Positions 30,701 through 39,700 of a DNA stretch of 64,000 nucleotides are shown here, in pieces. The notes below the pieces were generated by a model that had not been told where the DNA came from, did not search any database, and worked only from the letters and a program-made list of their open reading frames with translations. The DNA comes from Perna viridis. Its lineage: Eukaryota. Every line of letters starts with the position of its first letter. The first letter of the stretch is position 1. The stretch spans positions 33,700,664 to 33,764,663 of the forward strand of contig CM074520.1 in the NCBI GenBank assembly GCA_037379345.1, read 5' to 3'. The translations under genes and the position numbers were made by a program.

Positions 30701-33700
30701 TCATTCTGGTCATCTTCATTTTCACTATCTGTATTCACACAAAACATAACAGAAAATTAACAACATGCAACAAGAACACAATGCACATCAATCAAAAGGT
30801 AACAATAATAATAAGTACTATCTATTACTGGTTCAAATAAACCATGCAATATGTATGTTCTCAAAATTGTATGGATCTTTAAGGTATGAATATTTTTAAG
30901 ACTCAACAGTTTCATTTAAGGCAGAACGGCTCTATTTACTCTTTGAATTTTATATTTCTTATAAAACGTGAAAAATATGACATAAAATCAAAGAATGGAC
31001 AATATTTAATCCAGGCAAAGTATCAATTACTTGCATGGTTTATTCCAACCCTGAAAAGAACATACATGGGGTACAATAATACTTTTGTCATTTTAAAACA
31101 GTTGCTCATGCCAAATGTTCATTCTTACATAGGGATTATGTCTTAGAATTAACTTTCCATGCCACTTATATATGTATTAACAGCTGTTAGTGAAATAATG
31201 AATGACACATTCACTGTATCAATTATCTTCCTAATGAAATATAAACTTTCTAAAATTTCATTTTTAGTCTTTTCTATTAACCTTCTTATTTCAAATTTAT
31301 TTAACTATAAAATGTATGGGATATAGAAGGCTTGTAGCATAATATACTGTGAATATTTTAAAGTAGATATCTATATAGTATGGATGTACTACAATACACT
31401 GACTAAGTTAAAATAAAATATCAGCCCTAGCAATTCAAAATATAGTAAAAATCTATGTATTATAAAATGTAAAATTATTTTGTTAGTACAAACTGGACTG
31501 CTCATAAATCTTCCCTTTAAACACTTTCAAAATAGTTAAACAATTATGACTTTTATTACTGAGCAAATGTAAAAAGTTTAAACTTAAGTTAAAATGCCAC
31601 CTTAAAATTAAGTAGTAGTTAATAGCAAATTTTGATTTCACAGTTAATGAGTATCTAATCGTTTTCATTTATACAATTTGACTGGAACACTCTCCCATGT
31701 GTTAATTGTAAGTTATCAATAACTAAGGATATACAATATATATCAAAAACTCTGAACTAGAAAAGTAAAAGCAATATAATTAAGTTACATGCAGACAACA
31801 GACAGAGACAACAACAATATATATATAAGACTAGACACATTAGTACCCTCACCTGAAGAAGCGTAATCACCAGGGTTCACTTCTCTCCCTTTATAACAAG
31901 TACATAAGCATTTTTAATCTGTGGATCATTGCTTAACACCAAATTTTGAAATGATAATCATCTGTATCAACCATTTTTATCATTTATTAACTATAATTAT
32001 CTGTATCAACCATTTTTATCATTTATTAACTATAATCATCTCTATCGACCATTTTTATCATTTATTAACTATAATCATCTCTATCAACCATTTTTACCAT
32101 TTATTAACTACTACTTATAAGTTAATGCTGCTGTAATTTTCTAATAGGGCTAATGTAAACATATTATTTTTGTGATGTACTAGTTTTCACTATTTTTGCT
32201 TTAGGTCAAATAATCATGAAAAATAGAATTAATTTTTAAACTATGAAACACTGATAAAAAGTATCAACCTTTTTATTGAAACTAATACTTTCACCAATTC
32301 AATATGAACATTAACAGCCTTAAGATAAAACACCTCAAATCTAGGATCATCTTTTAGAAAAAAAAATGACTCCTTTTCTCATCTTAAAATTTCATATCTC
32401 ATTTAATAACATAGTGTGTTTGCAAAGTACATTTTAATGGCTGATTTTGTAATAATTTGATTTTTATACTATACATTTGTCTTAATCAAACATGCAATTT
32501 TAACCTGAATTCACCAAAGCTCAGATTTTTGTGCATGTTAGTTGCATATACCATTAATATCACAAAAGGGTTTTTCCTACCTGTTATATCAGCACCAAAA
32601 TCTACATCACCAATTATATCAGCATCCGTACATGTCAACTCGTCAAAAATCGACTCATTATTTCTACTACAAAAATAATAAAAAAGATAGGATTAAGATT
32701 TAGTCCTTTGGTTTTCAATTCTTTATGATTTACTTCAGACTCAATTTGCTAGTTCTTGTTAATTAACTATTGCTTACAGACATTTTGATACCTAGTACTG
32801 ATAATGCTTCTTGAAGGAATGACCACTGGTTCTTCAACAAGATAACTGGTCAATTTTATATCTCATTAAAAATCCTTCATATAAGATACAATAATTATCA
32901 CTTTTGATATAATTAGAACATGCTTAAAACGTGATAGCTTTTAATTATATTTCCCAAGTACGTAACACATGCATTATAAGTATGATGATTTGTCAAGATG
33001 GCCCATAAACTAAGAAGGATTCATTATATTTTTCAGTCAGTGATGAAATTTGAAGGCCTTTTCCGTGTGATCTTAATTCCAAGTTAACAACTAAAAATAA
33101 TTCATACATGATACTTTGGTTTGTACAAATGTACAAGATAGACCTCAAAAGTTAGCAAATCAATAATACTGGTAAATCCTAGGTCTGTAAGGTGAACAAA
33201 TACAACCGTACAGACATTTATCAATTACTTACTGTGAATTCATGAGACTATTAGAACTCTTATGACTATTGGAGGACTCCTCTAATTCCTGAAGTTCTGG
33301 TGTGGTAGCAACTATATGTGCCAAAGTATGATCCAAACCTTCAGAGAATAGAACAACAGTTATTTAGAATATACTACAAATACACATGTAAAAGCCTACA
33401 AGATTATAAATACAACAACAAACAACAACAAAATTTAGCAATGAATTAATTGAAATTCTACAGCTAGTTCACTTTCTGACCAATGTAAGAAAACCATTCA
33501 TTAAAACTTGAAACTTAGTTACATAAATGTTGCTCTTCTCAAAACTTCTTTCATAAGAGGCTGTTTAGCTTTATTCTACACACCCAAGCTATGTATTCAT
33601 TTCAATTTTTATCTGATTTCTGTAAACATTATGCATGTTTTACTTCAAGTGGATTAACTATCATAAAAAGAATATTTCTCTTCTCCATTTTTATTTGTAA

Positions 33701-36700
33701 ATTTTGTTTCTATTAGTTTTTTATCCATTTTGCAAGTTTTACATCAAGTGGAAAGTCTGTTGCAAAAAAAAACTGTACAATTCCATCTTTTGTCAAATAT
33801 TTTAAATGCTGCAACTACTTAATTTTAAGTAAAATGTGGCATTAGTGTTAGCATGGTTTTGTATTTTTAAATGTATTTTCTGAGAAATTACAGGTAGCCC
33901 TTTTCCCGCCAATATATTTTCATATTATACATAGACTGTAAAAATTTGGATAACATTAAAATATCATTTTTCTTCGTAAACTGGCATGCAAAATAATGAA
34001 CTGGAACTGATAAAATAAGCAAGGTAAATGAAAGAAAATTAAATATTACCCTTGCATGGTATATAGAAAAAACAAACAAGAATTTGCAGAGAAGAATGGT
34101 AATACTTTTCTAAGAATTTTTATAAACAGCATAAAAAAATTAACAACAGCAAACAACAACAGGATTCATTTACTCACCATAAATTATTTCGAAATTTTCA
34201 ATTGGAGTGTGAGTGAAAAAAGAAAGAAAATTCATTATTATTTCTATTTCAGCATAATATAAATCATAAAAAATTTCTGTTCCTAGTGTAGAAATCATCA
34301 AAACTCATGTCAATAATTTATACAAATCTTTGTGCACATGAGTGAGATATTGGTGTCAAAATAGAAAAAACTTACCAAAAATTTTATCTTCCTCATATTC
34401 AGGTTCATCCAAGCTATCATATCGAGTTCTATTTTTAGGGACAGGTGTTGATGTTACAATTTTTTTACTATGATAATTCTTTTCAGGACTCTCTTGGATA
34501 TCAACATTACTTATATCAGAGTTATCTAACTTAGTTAATGATTCACTATTATCTGAATGTATATGATCAGTGTTTGTTTCACTAGTTTCTGTTGATATGT
34601 GATTGTTATCGTCACTTTGAGTGTTTATACTAGAATTGTCTCCCTTTGTACTTTCCCATTCTTTGTCTGTTTGAGTCATTTCTGTATCTTTTGCTTCAAC
34701 TTCTAACAAAATAACAAACAAAACAACATGCAAAAATGAAAAAAAAACGTGCATAAAAATAAAGCTTCCAGTAACTCAAAAATAGTCCAAGAAGAAACAA
34801 TATACATGTATATTTAGCACCTTTAATGACAATGATCTATGCCATTAAACTTATTAGGGTAATTGACTGTCGATGCAAGACCTGACATGGCAGTCAAGGA
34901 GGTTAAAACCCCCCTCAGTCAGTCTAAGGATAATTTCTAGCAAATCATAATGGATTCTTAGTAAAGCAAGCCATCTGACATTAAAGGTGTCTGTATCATC
35001 ATTCTTATAATTAATGTTCTATCTGCATTTCAAATGCATGTGAATAAAAAAAACAACATTCATTTTAGCTTATTCTTGGACTAAAGCATTTCATTATTAC
35101 AATTGAATACAATAAACCAAAACATACTGAGTAAAATGAACAAAACATTCAAGTGAATCAAGAAACCAAGTAAACTAAAAGTCAAGTTTTACAATATAAT
35201 CACATAGAAATCAAATTGACTTTAAGTGTTGTTTTGAATAATATGAAGTGCAATGATACAGCAAATTTATGCTGAAATTTAACAAATCATGTTTGAAAAA
35301 GACTGAACTATAAAGAGATATTTTTATTGTTCCCTCTAATAAACTCTAGTTATAACCACTTGAATTGTGGTAAACTGTCAAAACTTTAAAGAAAATACCC
35401 TTAACTTATCAACAACTGATTCATTTTACTTCATTTATTAAAAGATCAACTCTTCAAAGTATCATGTGAAGAATGGAAGAATACTTTCATATATTTATTC
35501 ACATTCAAAAAGTTAACAGTTTTTGTGTCAAGTTATCTCAGATTAACATGAACCTTAGTTTTCATCACATTAAGCAATTTGCATTATCCTGATAGTATCA
35601 GTGCACAAAGTAAACAAAAAGACAAAAATTAAAGCTGAAACTGAACTGAAGCTGTCAAGCAAGTTATGTCACTTGGCAAGACAAATACTCACTTGTACCA
35701 GTAGATGTTTCCTTCACCTCTACAGCATCTGTCAACTGTTCCTTATCACAAGTGTCAACACGATGGATCTTTGACTTCTTGTCTTTATCAGGAGATTCTA
35801 GCTCACCTAACTCACTCTTTAGACTCACTGTGGAGTCAGCGGTACTCCTAGGTGATGTAATATCTAAACTTTGAGTAGGACTACTAACAGATCTCAGAGC
35901 TGCTGGTTGTTGACCAGGTAAATACATGCTTACTGGTCTCAGGTTTGGCAAATTAAAACCCCTAAAATAAAGTTTCATAATTTAAAACCCCTACAATTAA
36001 GTTTCATAACTTCATTTACAGTATTTCATGTTCAGAATATTTCAAGAAATTATGCAACAAAACATTGAGGGTGGAAATGTCTTAAATACACATAAAGGAA
36101 TGTTTCACTATTATTCACTTTAAAAATACTTAAGTTTTGTATGCTTCTGATGCTTGTATTGCTTTCATTAGAGTAAAAATCCTGGAAAACAGGCTGACAA
36201 AAACTGTGATAATCAAAAGCAATCTAATGTTCATACATTATTTCTTTATGAAATACTGCATTTTCTACTAAAAACATCTTAACTATATTTCATTCTAATC
36301 ATATTAAATCCAGAGGATAGTATTCAAATTTTTTATTTGACTTACTTTGTTCTCGGGCTGTTGGATAATTCTGGTCTGTCAGTTCCCAGCAATATTTTTG
36401 TTCTTTCCATATAGTCCATGTGTGTTCGAAATAACTGGTGAAAAAAAAATCTGATAAACATTTTGTTTATTGAATATATCAACTTTTCAAAAATAACTTT
36501 TTCCAATGCAAACATTCTACAAAAATTCTAGAACAGCCTTCACATAGATTAAAATCTCTTAACAACCTGATTAGGACTGTGTTGACAAAGCTCTATAGAA
36601 AGGTTCCATTATATACACAGAAAAGGTTGAACTAAATGTAGTGTATACAAAGTGCCATGGGTACACATACATGTACTTCTAATGCATGTTTACGAAATGT

Positions 36701-39700
36701 TGTTTATAAAACAAATTTAAGATAGTGTTCCATACCTCAGTATACCTCTCATGGAGCTTATTATATTCTTTTTTGAAATCTGATTCTTTTTCTTCAAGTC
36801 TGGACACTGAAACACCAAATAAGTTATAGAATGTCTAAGTAATGATAATACATACACATACTAGACACCAAAGGAAATGTATCTAGTTCTAGTTTAATCA
36901 TCAGAACTACTGACTTAACAGACATATCTTGATTCAACATTTATTCATCAATTCTGTCATAAGTTTGGATAATCTAAAAGAATTAAACATTTCCACTTGG
37001 TTTGTGTCTTTCTTGGAGATTTTAGTTACGTAATTAATTTGAATGACTCCCGATCTTCTTACATGATACTTCAAATGAGAGCATCATAGTTATAAATCAT
37101 GAATCAAATACAAAATATCAAACTTGTCTGGATTTTGTAATATGAATATATTAAAAACTTTCATTTTTGGCAATCATTTAACCAGTGTTCTCCCAAGGAT
37201 TTTCAGACAGCGCTGTATTTAGCACGCGTGACACGATGTTAATATGTCCCGTGTCGAAACGTGCCACTTTGTATTTAATGTATTATATAAAAATTGATCA
37301 TTGTATTTAAAATGTACATTTGTACATTGCTGTTTATGTTTACATGAATTATTCGTAGGTAAATATTTTACCTATTTTCTTCTTTTGCAGTAATGATAAC
37401 TATAATACGGTTTTTTATTTTTCCTTTTTAAATTAACAGAAAAATTAAAGATATTCTATAAAATTTTGATAAGCAATTCTTCATAAATATTTCTTGTAAT
37501 TCATACACACCAAGTGTTCCACAATTTTTTGCTGACAGCAGACCCATTGGAATTATTTTTTTTTCATTTGGCTCATTTGAATGTGATATTCATTTAATTA
37601 AGCGCAATCTCTATTAAACTCCTTTTCTAGTCTTAGTAACTTTCAAACTAAGAATATTATCTAATCAGGTACATGTAATAGACTAGTCTGGTCTTAATAT
37701 TCATGTTTCCAAAAATTTTCAGGAAGTCAGTAGTGTGGAGTTGACCTAGTTATACCAGGAAAAAAACAAAAATGTTAATCCTGTTATTTAAAGTTGGCAC
37801 ACTAGTTGTTTTGTTTTGTTTATAAATATTATGTTTATATGTAGTTTATTTCATGACAAAAACCCCATATCATGACTTACCAAAAAAAATTTCTCCACAC
37901 CTGTTGTCCTATTTATAGACTTGGGAGATTCTTAACTCATTTTCCTGCCAAAAATGTTGGTACATAACAACATGGAAATGTAAACAAAAGACGGTCATTT
38001 CCTTTTTCTTTTCAAAGTGTTTTGGAAGTATCTGATGGAATAAATATTGTTTGGGAATTTAATATGTTCTTTTATAAGGTAAATCAGCTTCTTAATGTTG
38101 AAAACATCATGTGATTGTGCAATTATTCAACTTTGCATTTATAAATAGCCACATGCTTTTGGCCAGGGTTGAGTGAATTTTTACAGTTGTCAGTTTTGAT
38201 TGGTTCATAATAAGATATTAGTATCTGATTGATACCTTCTTTAAAATTAATTTGTGGCCAGGTGGGGTGACTGATAACAATATTGGCTTCAGACACCTGT
38301 GTGGTCATACGGTGATCAACTGACCACAGCGTGTTTACTGCTATCGGTTTCAAGAGCTAATTACCTTGTAGGATGCCGTAAAAGACCTCAGGGCACACGT
38401 TTCCAGTCGTAATTGAATTTTCATCCTCAAATTTAACTTTATAGCACAGTGCTGGTAGCACAATACCAATCTCAATAGCGCTATAAAGCACAGTGCTTTA
38501 AGAGCCTGGGGAGAACACTGATTGAACCCTTTATGATGAGTCTTAAAAATCTTTCTCATCACAAGTATAACCAGATGGACTAAGAATAAAATTGACTAAA
38601 ACAGAATAAATTAACAATTATTTATTGTTTATTTTGTAATGTGTTGTAACTTGTATGCTATAATTTATGCTTTTGTGTGGTATGTGAACATTTCTTTTTC
38701 ATATATGAAAATAGTGCTATAAAAATGTTGTACAGTGGATTCCACTTAACTGCATACTTGTTAATTGCATAGAAGCTCAAGGACCAAAAACATTTCCTAA
38801 TCCCATGTAAAAAATTCCTCTTATTTGCATAACTTCAGGCCAAAAATTAGAAAATTCCTCTTCATTGCATAAATATTTTTCAAAATTACTCAAAAATGTA
38901 CCAAATTGGGTAAAACAACAATAGATCATTAAAGAAATACTTCAGTCTTCTAAAAAACTTTTTTACAACACTATTTTCGCTTTCTCTTGACTAGACACTG
39001 TGGCAGGGATCTAATTCGACATGATAGAAGAATATGTCACACTTTAACACTGAAAATATTTGGTAATTATGATAATTTCGGTTAACTGCCTATTCATGTT
39101 AATTGCATATTTTTTTTCTGACAAATAGGCTATGGGATTGACAGGAATCCTCAGTAATATCATCATTTATAAATAGTTTACCATGGTCAGCTGAATTTTT
39201 GGCTTTCAATTCAATCATCCTCACTATTGATTCCAAGCTTTCAATTTTTTCTTGCAATTCTTTTTTTTCTCCATCAACAGAATCTTCCATTTCAAGATAT
39301 TTCTGCAAAGAGTAATAGACTGATTTACAAGTACATGTATGTCATGAAAAGCTGAAACAGGGGTATTGTCAAACATCACTAACATAACTATTGTTAACCT
39401 AACGTTCTCTTAACACTGTATTCAGTTTTCCCAATACAAGTTGAACCAAACTCTTTTTCTATGACAGCAAAGTACAAATGTACTTAAAATGTACATGTAT
39501 TTTTGAACAAAAAAAAAACATGCATTCATTTCCAGAAATAGAGAGGCACATGGACATGTAAACAGGAAAGTAGTGGGATGGACAGGATCTATCTATTAGA
39601 AGACCTAAATTTGGTTCAAAGACAAGGTACAAATGTACATGGTAAGGTGAATATTTAAAAACATTCAACAAATCTTTAACAAAAGATGCTATTAGCTTTA

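Noticed and set aside
31921-32136. Repetitive ORF ([13 protein letters not shown])n and CRISPR-like periodicity
   Set aside because: A 39-bp minisatellite without unique spacers, in a eukaryotic intron, with no cas genes.
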